A stretch of 64,000 nucleotides of DNA from Octopus sinensis (Eukaryota). The notes beneath the pieces were generated by a model. It was not told where the DNA came from, ran no database searches, and saw only the letters and a program-made list of their open reading frames with translations. This document shows positions 23,612-36,152 of this stretch, piece by piece. The position numbers and the translations under genes are program-made. How positions within the stretch are numbered: the stretch's first letter is position 1; each line of letters opens with the position of its first letter. Location: assembly GCF_006345805.1 (NCBI RefSeq), contig NC_043010.1, forward strand, positions 9,176,001-9,240,000, given 5' to 3'.

Positions 23612-23772
23612 AGGCAGCAAGCTTTACATTTTGAGTTCAAGTTCTGCCGATGTCCATTCTGTCGTTCGTCCTTTCACAGTCATCAAAATAAGTACCAGTT
23701 GATCACTGAGACTGATGTAATTGATTTACTCCTCCTCCCAAATTACTGGCCTTGTGCTAAAATTTGAAATCA
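23612..23772 (+). mobile_element. Diverged SINE-B (type 2), internally deleted
   Basis: TTGAGTTCAAGTTCTGCC..AATAAGTACCAGTT..CTCCCAAATTACTGGCCTTGTGC. Confidence 0.65.
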
Positions 23773-24115
23773 ATATTCTGGACAAGATGGGGGTTCCAGA
23801 CTAGAGATGCAAATTCTAAGTATGAATGTACTGTTTCCTAGTTTCATTCACTGGATTCATACAGTTATACTGGAGTACTACTTTTAAGTTTTTGGCTTTT
23901 GACCATTCATATTGTCTCAAATACTTATTTCAGTTTGACATCTATTTTTATATATATACTGAACAGCAAATTTTTGCCATTTAGGTATAAAGGAACGCAA
24001 CTCAATTTATACTGGAAAACACAAACACACATACACACTTACATGTATTGATACATACATATATACATGTATACATGCATGCATGCATACATACATACAT
24101 ACATACATACATACA

Positions 24116-24146
<31 letters not shown>

Positions 24147-24324
24147 GTACATACATACATACAGATTTTATCAAACAAATCTAATACGAATGTTTGACTC
24201 TTGGCTATGGTAGAAGATACTTTTCAAAGTGCTGCACAATATGACTGAACTCTGGATAATATGGTTGCTGACATGGTGAGTGCACATTACTCCATAAGGG
24301 GAATAGTGTCAGTTTCCTGGTTTC

Positions 24325-24514
24325 CCTGATGTATATATTCCTCCCAGGATAGGACGCTAGTCCATTGCAGGATTATTCATTTTTACCAGCTGAATGAACA
24401 ATGTGAAATGCAGTGTTTTACTTGAGAACACAATGCATCATTCAATCCAGGAATCAAATCCACAAATGTGCACTCATGAGTCAAACACCCTAACCACTAA
24501 GCCATGCACCTCCA
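24325..24514 (-). mobile_element. SINE family E, diverged
   Basis: Reverse complement matches the head and CORE-like region of the 53318 element. Confidence 0.65.
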
Positions 24515-24519
24515 TTCTT

Positions 24520-24827
24520 TATTGCTGTTTGTTCCTTCTCAAGCCACGCTTGGCTCATAGGGCCAGTTTCCCGGTTTCCTTGGCATATAGGTTCCCCACC
24601 TGGACAGTATGCAAATCTGTCGCAGGTGAGCTGCAAGATGCAGGAGGAAAGAGTGAGAGAAAGTTGTGGTGAAAGAGTCAGCAGAAGTTTGCCATTACCT
24701 TCTGCCAGAGCTGCGTGGAGCTTAGGTGTTTCGCTCATAAACACACACATCGCCCGGTCTGAGATTCGAACCCACGATCCCTCGACCATGAGTCTGCTGC
24801 TCTAACCACTAGGCCATGCACCTCCAC
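24520..24827 (-). mobile_element. SINE with a D-type head and an E-type tail; 8-bp TSD
   Basis: CCATTCTT at 24512-19 and 24828-35; head like 32873, tail like 53480-53560. Confidence 0.75.
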
Positions 24828-25192
24828 CCATTCTTAATTACATGGCTAAATTTCAAAATGTAACCATGAAATTCATAAGTGTTAATTAGCTGCTTCCCCT
24901 GGGCTTTACTCCATGTCTATCTATCCTCTTAATTTTATTCCTCTTTTCCTTTCTTTTTTCTTTTTTTTTTGTTTCTACATTTTCCATCTCACTCTTCTAT
25001 GTATGGGTTCTCATTGTCAGATGTATAACTTCATGATCTACAACACATTCAAAGGTAAATGGCTGTTTCCACCTCTGTTTTTTTTAATTTTTTAAAACAT
25101 TTTTGAATAGATGTAACTCAACATTTCATACCACTAATGGGCAGAAGGACAAAATGTGACCCCCACCAATATCTATATTATATATATAATAA

Positions 25193-25234
<42 letters not shown>

Positions 25235-25236
25235 AT

Positions 25237-25387
25237 ACCGGAGTAAACACATAAATGTGAAACAAGGTGGAAAAAAAGAGACTCAAATACCAGTGGTAGA
25301 GTAATATGCTCTATTTAAAGCAGCAGAAAATTCAACAAAACCTGTTACTCTGAGTTTCCCGTTGCCGAATTTTCTGATGTTTAAATA
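25237..25387. mobile_element. Second copy of the Penelope-like palindromic element, deleted
   Basis: Reverse complement of 15225-15353, followed by a 20-bp remnant of the opposite arm. Confidence 0.75.
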
Positions 25388-25978
25388 AGTATATATATAG
25401 TATATAATATACATACATACATACATACACACACATATATGAGTTTTTGTGGAAAAAATATTCCAGAATCATAAATTTATGTTTATGAAATATACACACC
25501 ACACACACACAATAATAATAAATCAAGCAAAAATCTAAAGTTTTCCTTTCCCACAAAGTATGGGATTTCATGGAACCAAAACTGCCTGAACTTGGAAAGA
25601 GACTATCAGAGTCTATCAGAGTCTATCAAAGAACAAAAGTCTATCTCAGAAAAGTTGTCATCTATTCCATCACACCAGTTAACCAAACTATAAAGATGTA
25701 AAGTTCCTGCATACAATTACAAATATTACAGAGGATATTACTAATATGATCTTGGGAAAATTTGATCTGGAATTGAACCCTTATAGCCATTCAGCTATTT
25801 CAGAATTTGGAATGTTTTCACCTGGTAAAAATTAATCAAGTTTTCCTTTTTCTTCTTTATTTTTGTTTTGCTTTTGTCTGTGGGTGGGAGAGAGAATGTG
25901 TGGGTGTGTGAGAGAAAGTGGCAGAGAGAGTATGCATGTGTGAGATGATAGATAGATAGATAGAGAGAGATAGAGAGA

Positions 25979-26026
<48 letters not shown>

Positions 26027-27089
26027 GAGCCTGTGTGTGTATGAGCAAAAAGGTCTGTACAACAGAAATTTCTTTACAAAATTGGAAACCTATCTTATAA
26101 TTATCTGAAATTGAAGAGAGCAGAAACAACAATTCACCATAGCAATCTAAAAAAAAAATCACAAAATGTAATTTTAGTCTATGGGTTTTCCCCTTATCAT
26201 GTAATTTTTGCATAAAGACTTTCAGAAGCAATGTGAGCTTTAATAGTTATGGAGAACAAAAGTTTGGTAGAAAGAAGCAGGACAAATTAATTTAGTAAGA
26301 TAGAATAGAGTGTTTGTTGCAAAAAATATTTGTCATAAAAGAAGGAAAAATGTGACAAAAGAACTGGTATTTTTTTTTACGTAGAGATAAGACTAAAAAT
26401 GGAGAAACAAACCTGTTGGGTGAAAATGGCTGAGTGAAGAATTAGGCAGGGAAGCAAACATAAAGATTGATACAAACAAATATCGTGAAAGATATTCAAC
26501 TTAATAGAATATGATAGCACAAGAAAAGACAGAAGCCATGTTGGTAGATTTTTGTTTCTAAAATTGAATGCAATAGTTAGGGAGGTATGTAGTGTAGGAA
26601 AAAAATAAAAAAGATAGGAAAAAGGGAAGCCATATTTTGTGAGAAATCATTCTGTCGGAGATGAGATGGAAAATAGGAGTGATGTGGAGAGTACAGAGAA
26701 AGGGGGAAAAAAAAAAAAGGAAGAAATATTAAAGCAATATCGTCGGATTATTGGCTGGCAATGAAGAAACAGAGTTGGTAGATTGTTGGGCAAAATGTAT
26801 ATTGAGATATTGGTTTTGTCCTGTTCTGAGTTCAAATGTCACTAAGTTTTGGGTTGACTTTTTTGCCTTTAATGCATCAAAGGTTGGAGGGATGAAAGTG
26901 CTACCTAAGCATAGCAGAAAAATGGGTGGATGGGTGGGGGGAAAGGGGGTCATCAGCTCACCCAACAATCCCTTCCAATGCACCCTTTATAAATTTTGTT
27001 ACTATTTACTAATGCCGATAACACAACAGCAAAAACATACCGTCACAACTATTTCTTTGACTACAACAAGAATCACCACCACTTTCGCA

Positions 27090-27156
27090 GCCATCACCAC
27101 CACCACCACCACCACCATCACTACTATTATTATTGCTGTTGCTGCCACTGCTGCTG

Positions 27157-27196
<40 letters not shown>

Positions 27197-27198
27197 CA

Positions 27199-27241
<43 letters not shown>

Positions 27242-27890
27242 CACCAGCACCATCACCACCACCACCACCACCACTACTATACTACTAATACTACTACTAC
27301 TACTACCACCACCACCACCACCACCACCATCACCACCACCACACACCCACTACTATACTACACTACTACTACTACTACTACTCCACTACCACTACACTAC
27401 TACTATACTACTACTAACACCAACCACCACCAGCACCATCACCACCACACCACACACCACTACTTACTACTAACTACTACTACTACTACTACAACCACCA
27501 CCACCACCACCACCATCACCACCACCACCACACCACTACAATACTACTATACTACTACTACTACTTACACCACCACCACCACACCACCACTACTACTATA
27601 CTACTACTACTACTACTACTACCCCACTACCACCACCACCACCATCACCACCACCACCACCACCACCACATACTACTAACTACTACTACTACTACTACTA
27701 CACCCCACCACCAGCACCATCACCAGCACCACCACCACCACCACATACTACTACTACTAATACTACTACTACTACCACCACCAGCCACCACAACCACCAC
27801 ACACCACCACCACCACTACTACTACTACCTACTACTACTACTATACTACTACTACTATTATACTACTACTACTACTACTTATCTACTACT
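27090..27890. repeat. (CTA)n/(CCA)n compound trinucleotide tract
   Basis: Visible directly in the sequence. Confidence 0.95.
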
Positions 27891-28319
27891 CATCTATGGT
27901 TTTTTGCATCGGTCTCATTAAAGAAGACTTGACAAGGGAACGGAGAGAATTTGGGAAGAAAGACTGAGAAATTGTGTATTTTATGGTTGTTGTACATGAA
28001 AATGAGAATGGAAAAAGAGTAAGATATAACGTAGGTAGATGATGAAGACGATACAGATGCAACAAATGAAGAAAAGAAAGTATGTAGGGGGGGAAGGAGA
28101 AGATAATCAGAGACAGAGAAGAAGGAGGAGGAGGAGGAGAATTGACAGAGGAGGTGGAGGAGAGGAAAACATTAGTCTTTTGGAAAGTCTTTTGGTACTG
28201 AACTACATTCCACCAATATTCTGTTAATATTTTGTGAAAATATGAAAAAAATATCAAAATGGAACAGAAATATGTGTGCATATGAAGATATGTATGGATG
28301 GATGTATATATATATATAG

Positions 28320-28725
28320 GGCGCAGGAGTGGCTGTGTGGCAAGTAGCTTGCTAACCAACCACATGGTTCCGGGTTCAGTCCCACTGTGTGGCATCTTGG
28401 GCAAGTGTCTTCTGCTATAGTCCCGGGCCGACCAATGCCTTGTGAGTGGATTTGGTAGACGGAAACTGAAAAGAAGCCTGTCGTATATATGTATATATAT
28501 ATATGTGTGTGTGTGTTTGTGTGTCTGTGGTTGTCCCCCTAGCATTGCTTGACAACCGATGCTGGTGTGTTTACGTCCCCGTCACTTAGCAGTTCGGCAA
28601 AAGAGACCGATAGAATAAATACTGGGCTTACAAAGAATAAGTCCCGGGGACGATTTGCTCGACTAAAGGTGGTGCTCCAGCATGGCCGCAGTCAAATGAC
28701 TGAAACAAGTAAAAGAGTAAAGAGT
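28320..28725 (+). mobile_element. SINE family A, full length
   Basis: Family consensus head to tail. Confidence 0.9.
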
Positions 28726-28726
28726 A

Positions 28727-28760
<34 letters not shown>

Positions 28761-28764
<4 letters not shown>

Positions 28765-29063
28765 GTGCCGGTGGCACAAAAAAAGCACCATCCGAATGTG
28801 GCTGATGCCAGCACCGCCTGACTGGCATCCATGTCGGTGACACGTAAAAAGCACCATGTGATCGTGCCCGTTTTCCAGCCTCCTCTGGCACCTGTGCTGG
28901 AGGCACATAAAAAGCACCCACGACACTTACGGAGTGGTTGACATTAGGAAGTCCAGCTGTAGAAACACTGCTAGATCAGACTGAAGCCTGGTGCAGCCTC
29001 CTGGCTTCCCAGAACCCGGTCGAACTGTCCAATCCATGCTAGCATGGAAAACAGACATTAAAC

Positions 29064-29103
<40 letters not shown>
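28761..29103 (+). mobile_element. Retroposon family C
   Basis: 3 GGCAC.TAAAAAGCACC subrepeats plus body and (GAT)n tail. Confidence 0.85.
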
Positions 29104-29104
<1 letters not shown>

Positions 29105-29105
29105 G

Positions 29106-29144
<39 letters not shown>

Positions 29145-29187
29145 TATATATCTGTATATTTATGCATGCCTGTATGTATGTATATGT

Positions 29188-29223
<36 letters not shown>

Positions 29224-29247
29224 GCTTAGATACATATATATGCGTGT

Positions 29248-29290
<43 letters not shown>

Positions 29291-29704
29291 AGGAGGAGAA
29301 AAAGAGGAAGTGAGAGATAAAGAAAGGATGTGTACTCCACCCCCCCCACTTCAAACCCCCCCCCCCCAAAAAAAAAAAAAGAAAGGAAAAGAAAGAAGAT
29401 AAAGTACAATAATACGATGCTTTTCCCTTGGAAAATAACCAACTAAGAAAGCCATTTGAATTTCCGAATTATTTCTAGTGTTAAAGATCTATGTTGTGAC
29501 AGTTTATAATAAAGAAAACCTGAGGTGAAAGACAGATTAACTCTTCATTATTAAACTGGTTTTCTCAATTTCACAGCTATTTTCTTTAGTCAATAGAAGA
29601 GGAGGAGAGAAGTTTTTGCATGTTACTTGCTGATAAATGTTTCTGTTTTTTTGTTTTGCCTTGTATTTTTTATTTTGGATTTTTTGTTTCAGATGACTAA
29701 CAGA

Positions 29705-30160
<456 letters not shown>

Positions 30161-30440
30161 CAAAAGAAGAAAGAATGAATTCATATGAAAAATTTACTGA
30201 TATTTCTTCTTCTTTTTCTTTCTTCTTTTAATATACGTGTGCAATCAAAGAATTATCTTCTATCACAATAACTTTAATAGAGAGAACGTAATGTGTATCC
30301 GTAAGGAATGATAAAATGAAATGACTTTGGCTGAACAAAAATACATAGAAGCAGATTGATATATTAAATATAGTAATTTTTTTTTCTCCATAAGTTACTT
30401 TGCTTTTTCTTTGCTTTTTCTTTATCATATTTCTTTTATT

Positions 30441-30480
<40 letters not shown>

Positions 30481-32872
30481 TGTATTTATTTATCAATTTT
30501 TATTTTTATGTTGTGAAAATTCCTTATTATTTTTAGCCTATGACTAAATCAAGACTACGAAGAAAAATTATGTGCGATTCATTTATTACTAAATGTTGCA
30601 GAATTTCTTAAAGACATCGTTTTTGTATTCAACTAAATCAATGAAGCTGGAATTCTGGGAGAGAATAGAAAGATGTATTTTAATTGTTTCATGTTTGGTC
30701 TAAGAGATATTTCTTCTGCCACATTACTGCTGTGTTAGTCTTCAATATTTTAAGCTTGCGTAGTTTTATTTGTATGTGACAAGAATTAATAAAAATCCAT
30801 TTCCTTATATATCTCTAACACACAATGTCAATGATGTGTGTGTGTGTGTGTGTGAGTGTGTTTGCATATACAACTGTATATGTTTCTTCCTCTCTCACTG
30901 TATGTATATATGAGTATGTATGTGTATATATGTGTATATATATTTATATATGTGTATATGCACACATACATGTATGTATACCTATATCTGCATATATATA
31001 CATGTGTTTTTGTATATATGCATATCTATCTTTCTATGTACTTTCTATGTATGTATGTATATATAGACACACACATAAATATATGTAAATATATATGTGT
31101 GGTGGTGTGTATATAAATATGTAATGTGTACATTTCTCACACACACATACATTCAGAATATTTGTGGGTTATTACATTTATATTTATGCTTTTTTGACTG
31201 GTCAATTCTTAGGTTATTTGCTGCAATTTTCATTCAAACAATTAATTTTTATGTTATCTACAAATTAATGATTCAAGCATAACTACCTACAGTAACATTT
31301 TGTTAATATAGTCTTCTGCCCTAAACTATTGCAATACTGACTCTTGTGGTCTAAATTTATAAGGATTCATAAAGCATTTTGATCTATCATGTGCTTAGGT
31401 TGCTACTTTCTGTTTCTTTCTTTTAAATTGACTCTCTGAATTGGCTGGCTAATTAACTGCATGAAATTAATCAAATAGTCACACTACTCACTACCATGTC
31501 CATCCTACACACCACTGTATTAAGAAATGATTTATGCATTAGTTTTCAAAAGGAAATCTCCTAAACATATCATTCCCAAATTATGAAATGAGCTTCTTAA
31601 ATATTACCTTTTGAGTATCATATTATTCTTCTACTTATTTTCGTTATTAGACTGCAGCCATATTAGGGCACTGCCTTGGACAGTTTAATTGGACAAACTG
31701 ACATGAGTACTCCTTTTTTTAGAATAAATCTGATACTTATTCTATTGGTCTCTGTTAGTGAACTGTTAAGTAATAGGGATGTAATCAAACCAACACCAAT
31801 TGTAAAGTAGTGTTGGTGGGGCTAAACACGACAGAAAGACATCACACATGGGCTTCCACACAGTTTTTTGTCTTTCAAATTCACTCTGCTACAGTTATTT
31901 GATCTAGGCTGATCAAGCCCTTGGTCAGTGTCCACTGACCCTTTGGGTCAGTCCTTTTCAGTAAGACCTATTTAGATGGTTCCCCGGGGTTCCTCAGCAG
32001 CCTCTACATTATTTGTATGGCTCTTCTACTAACTCCTGTAATGCCCTAGGTTCCACAGGCCTTACTCAGAGAATGACCTGCAAATCCTCAGGTACTCACC
32101 TCCACTGGCAAACACCTGGGTTTTTCCACCCATTCTTGCAACAGTCTTCCACTAACTCCTAGTACTGAGCACCCTTCCCATCTTATACTTCCTCTACCCT
32201 CTCCTCCCCAGGTAACGTTAAGTCCAATAGGATTTATATACACATAAAAGTAATTAACATATGGTTCAACTCACCATATAAAATTTAAAACCAACGTGGT
32301 TAATATGTTTCTCCTATTATTAGTTGTGCATTTTCCAATAGGACATACAGTAACGTCCTTCTCAGCTGAAATGCTTTAAAAACCAACTAATAACACAACT
32401 AAAAATCACGCAAGTGATCAATCTTAGTTCTTGCAGTCCCAAACAATCATCTTGTAATTTCAGATGTGCCGAGAACTGCTTTTCTGATTGATCATTCTAT
32501 CTTAAACAGTGATACACAGAGCTCTATAACAACAAATGAAGGTATCCTGGGGAACAACACTGGACTCACAGTGAACAATTAAAGGCGTGTTCAAACAACA
32601 CATATATGTTTTAAGATATTAAGAAATAGCACCACTTCTCCTTGCAGTGTGTTTGATGGACGATTGAATTGAAAATATCCTAAAGCCTAAAATATGCTAG
32701 AAACTGTAACCCATATACCATATGAAAGGTGTGGGTGGAAATAGTTAATGCTTTGTTTATTGATGGATTTTATACCCTAACCTACAAATCAGTCATGGAA
32801 CAGCAAGAGTAAAGTGCTTGTACCATTTCAAAGACAGGTCAACATTTCAAACAAAATGTGTTCAATTACAAG

Positions 32873-33256
32873 TGGAGGCGCAATGGCCCAGTGGTTAGGG
32901 CAGCGGACTCATGGTCGGAGGATCGCGGTTTCGATTCCCAGACTGGGCATTGTGAGTGTTTATTGAGCGGAAACACCTAAAGCTCCACGAAGCTCCGGCA
33001 AGGGAGGGGGTGAACCCTGCTGTACTCTTTCACCACAACTTTCTCTCACTCTTTCTTCCTGTTTCTCTTGTACCTGTATTGCAAAAGGCCAGCCTTGTCA
33101 CACACTCTGTGTCATGCTGAATCTCCTCGAGAACTACGTTAAGGGTACACGTGTCTGTGGAGTGCTCAGCCACTTGCACGTTAATATCATGAGCAAGCTG
33201 TTCCGTTGATCGTATCAGCTGGGACCCTCATCGTCGCAACCGACGGAGTGCTCCTA
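32873..33256 (+). mobile_element. tRNA-derived SINE family D, full length, 11-bp TSD
   Basis: TCAATTACAAG at 32862-72 and 33257-67; TGGCCCAGTGG A-box and GGTTTCGATTCC B-box. Confidence 0.92.
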
Positions 33257-33787
33257 TCAATTACAAGGAGGTTAGTTGTCACATCTCTAAGTCTTACTTG
33301 CCTTTGACCATCAGAAAATTGTACTTGTCGCAATAACTATGAACCAGCTTCCCATGACACTATATACATTTTAAATGTATCCATGTTTTCACACGTAGTG
33401 TGTAGGTTTTTTGCTTTTCTTTTCTCTTTCCTGCACTTTGGTGTTTATAAATGTGTAGCATTTACATTTATATTATTTTTAGGATGTAAACATGTAGAAT
33501 TTAGATGTCCTTGTAGCAATGACCTAATCCAGCTTTCTCACATTGATGTTAATCCTGTTGTGATAGTATCTCTCATAGAATATGTTGCCCAGATAATTTA
33601 ATTGATATCAAATATATAAAAAATATCAAAATTTTGGAGGGAATTTATTAAAATAACTTTTTTTTCGGAAAAGGATTTTAGAAACATAACTTAACAAAAG
33701 TTTCTTATGTAAAATTATGCTGGACAGTTTTAATTTAAATACAAACACTTCAAAATTAAAGATTTTTAATTGTAAAGTCAAAGACAA

Positions 33788-34200
33788 CAGGAGTGGCTGT
33801 GTGGTAAGTAGCTTGCTTACCAACCACATGGTTCCGGGTTCAGTCCCATTGCGTGGCATCTTGGGCAAGTGTCTTCCACTATAGCCTCGGGCCGACCAAA
33901 GCCTTGTGAGTGGATTTGGTAGACGGAAACTGAAAGAAGCCCGTTGTATATATGTATATTTATATATGTGTGCATGTATGTTTGTATGTCTGTGTTTGTC
34001 CTAGCATTGTCCTAGCATTGCTTGACAACCGATGCTGGTGTGTTTAGGTCCCCGTCACTTAGCAGTTCGGCAAAAGAGACCGATAGAATAAGTACTGGGC
34101 TTACAAAAGAATAAGTCCTGGGGTTGAGTTGCTTGACTAAAGGCGGTGCTCCAGCATGGCCGCAGTCAACTGACTGAAACAAGTAAAAGAGTAAAGAGTA
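33788..34200 (+). mobile_element. SINE family A
   Basis: Matches the family consensus. Confidence 0.9.
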
Positions 34201-34481
34201 ACAGTGTTTAGACAAATTGGTATCAAAAGATTTAAAGTTTGTTTCTCTTTGTTTGTTCTTGGGTCCACAAAGTATTCCACTCAAATACACAAAAAGTCAT
34301 TACATTCCATACATTCTGTCAAATCCTAACTGGTGTATTTCTGTCTCTTTTAGTTTCGCTACATCAATCATGACATCATGGAAACCAAAGCAAAAGAAGG
34401 GAAGAATGTAAAAAAGAATGGCATTGAGTGTCTTTATTACTGTGATTGCCTTTTTCATGTCCCTCTGAATGGTCTATTGTA

Positions 34482-34889
34482 TACTCTTTTACTCTTTTAC
34501 TTGTTTCAGTCATTTGACTGCAGCCATGCTGGAGCACCGCCTTTAGTCGAGCAAATCGACACCGGGACTTATTCTTTTGTAAGCCCAGTACTTATTTTAT
34601 CGGTCTCTTTTGCCGAACCGCTAAGTAACGGGGACATAAACACACCAGCATCGGTTGTCAAGCAATGCTAGGGGGACAAATACAGACACACAAACACACA
34701 CACGCATATATATATATACATATACACGACAGGCTTCTTTCAGTTTCCATCTACCAAATCCACTCACAAGGCTTTGGCCGGCCTGAGGCTATAGTAGAAG
34801 ACACTTGCCCAAGGTGCCACGCAGTGGGACTGAACCCGGAACCATGTGGTTGGTAAACAAGCTACTTACCACACAGCCACTCCTGCGCC
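34482..34889 (-). mobile_element. SINE family A, full length
   Basis: Matches the family consensus, reverse complement. Confidence 0.9.
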
Positions 34890-35024
34890 TGTCTATTTTT
34901 TATATTTCTAGTTTGAAAACTACACTACCTATATTGTGATGATATATATTCAGATGGTATATCCTTTGAATAATGGGGTATAAACATTTGAAATTAAATA
35001 AATATTCAATTGATACTTTGGTAT

Positions 35025-35400
35025 CAAAACCTACCACTCACTGCGCCATGGAAGACGCTGCCAGCTACCACCAATCAACAAAAAGGCTGGCCAGGCAGCA
35101 AAAACCCTGCGAGAGTCAAGTCTGTTGGTTTGAGGAGCACAACTATTCAACTCCATTCCGGTACATGTCAGAAATCTATCAGGATGCAGTGTGGAATCAT
35201 TCAAATTGCAGCTGGATAGATACTTAAGCACCATTAGAGATGAACCCCATCTCCCAGGATATACACAACGAGCACAAACTGACTCAAACTCGCTCCTACA
35301 CATGTCAAAATTAAACAGAGAATACAACCTGGCAACCACACCAGACTCTGAGGGTGGAGTCTTCGACTTGGCCTGAGCATGGACTCAAACTCAAATTAAA
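35025..35400 (+). mobile_element. CR1/L2-group LINE 3' end
   Basis: Translation ..QLFNSIPVHVRNLSGCSVESFKLQLDRYLSTIRDEPHLPGY..SNSLLHM resembles CR1-group ORF2 C-termini. Confidence 0.7.
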
Positions 35401-35598
35401 TGAAATTAGAAAAAAACTAACTCAAGATTGGAGCTATGCCCCATCAATTTCTGACAAAATTAAGCTCACAGGATAAAAAAACACTTGAGAGGATAATGCT
35501 TTCAAATCAAAAAATAGAATCAATTTGATCAGCATGATGCTCTCTTAAAACATAATGGAGTACAAAAAAATTTAGATTGTATAAAACAAATGCCAATA

Positions 35599-35989
35599 GT
35601 AGTAGTAGGAAGCACTCCGTCGGTTACGACGATGAGGGTTCCGGTTGATCCGAATCAACGGAACAGCCTGCTCGTGAAATTAACGTGTAAGTGGCTGAGC
35701 ACGCCACAGACACGTGCACTCTTAACGTAGTTCTCGGGGATATTCAGCGTGACACAGAGAGTGACAAGGCCGGCCCTTTGAAATACAGGTACCACAGAAA
35801 CAGGAAGTAAGAGTGAGAGAAAGTTGTGGTGAAAGAGTACAGCAGGGATCACCACCATCCCCTGCCGGAGCCTCGTGGAGCTTTTAGGTGTTTTCGCTCA
35901 ATAAACACTCACAACGCCCGGTCTGGGAATCAAAACCGTGATCCTATGACCACGAGTCCGCTGCCCTAACCACTGGGCCATTGCGCCTC
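35599..35989 (-). mobile_element. SINE family D, full length, 12-bp TSD, (TAC)n tail
   Basis: CAAATGCCAATA at 35587-98 and 35990-36001. Confidence 0.92.
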
Positions 35990-36116
35990 CAAATGCCAAT
36001 AAACAATACAAGACAAACTTGACTGTTTTATATTTAGGCCAAATTTACTACCTGTCTGAATAGACAATAAAGGCCATTTACAATTATTGAAACTAGGTAC
36101 TGTTTTGAAGTCATTA

Positions 36117-36152
<36 letters not shown>

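Noticed and set aside
26751-27679. 240-aa and 227-aa Thr/His/Tyr-rich ORFs (mucin-like appearance)
   Set aside because: They arise from the (CTA)/(CCA) microsatellite; the 5' part is a decayed SINE-B.
32873-32950. tRNA-like sequences with A and B boxes (also at the heads of families A and E)
   Set aside because: They continue into multicopy SINE bodies with TSDs and lack a complete cloverleaf; these are SINE heads, not tRNA genes.
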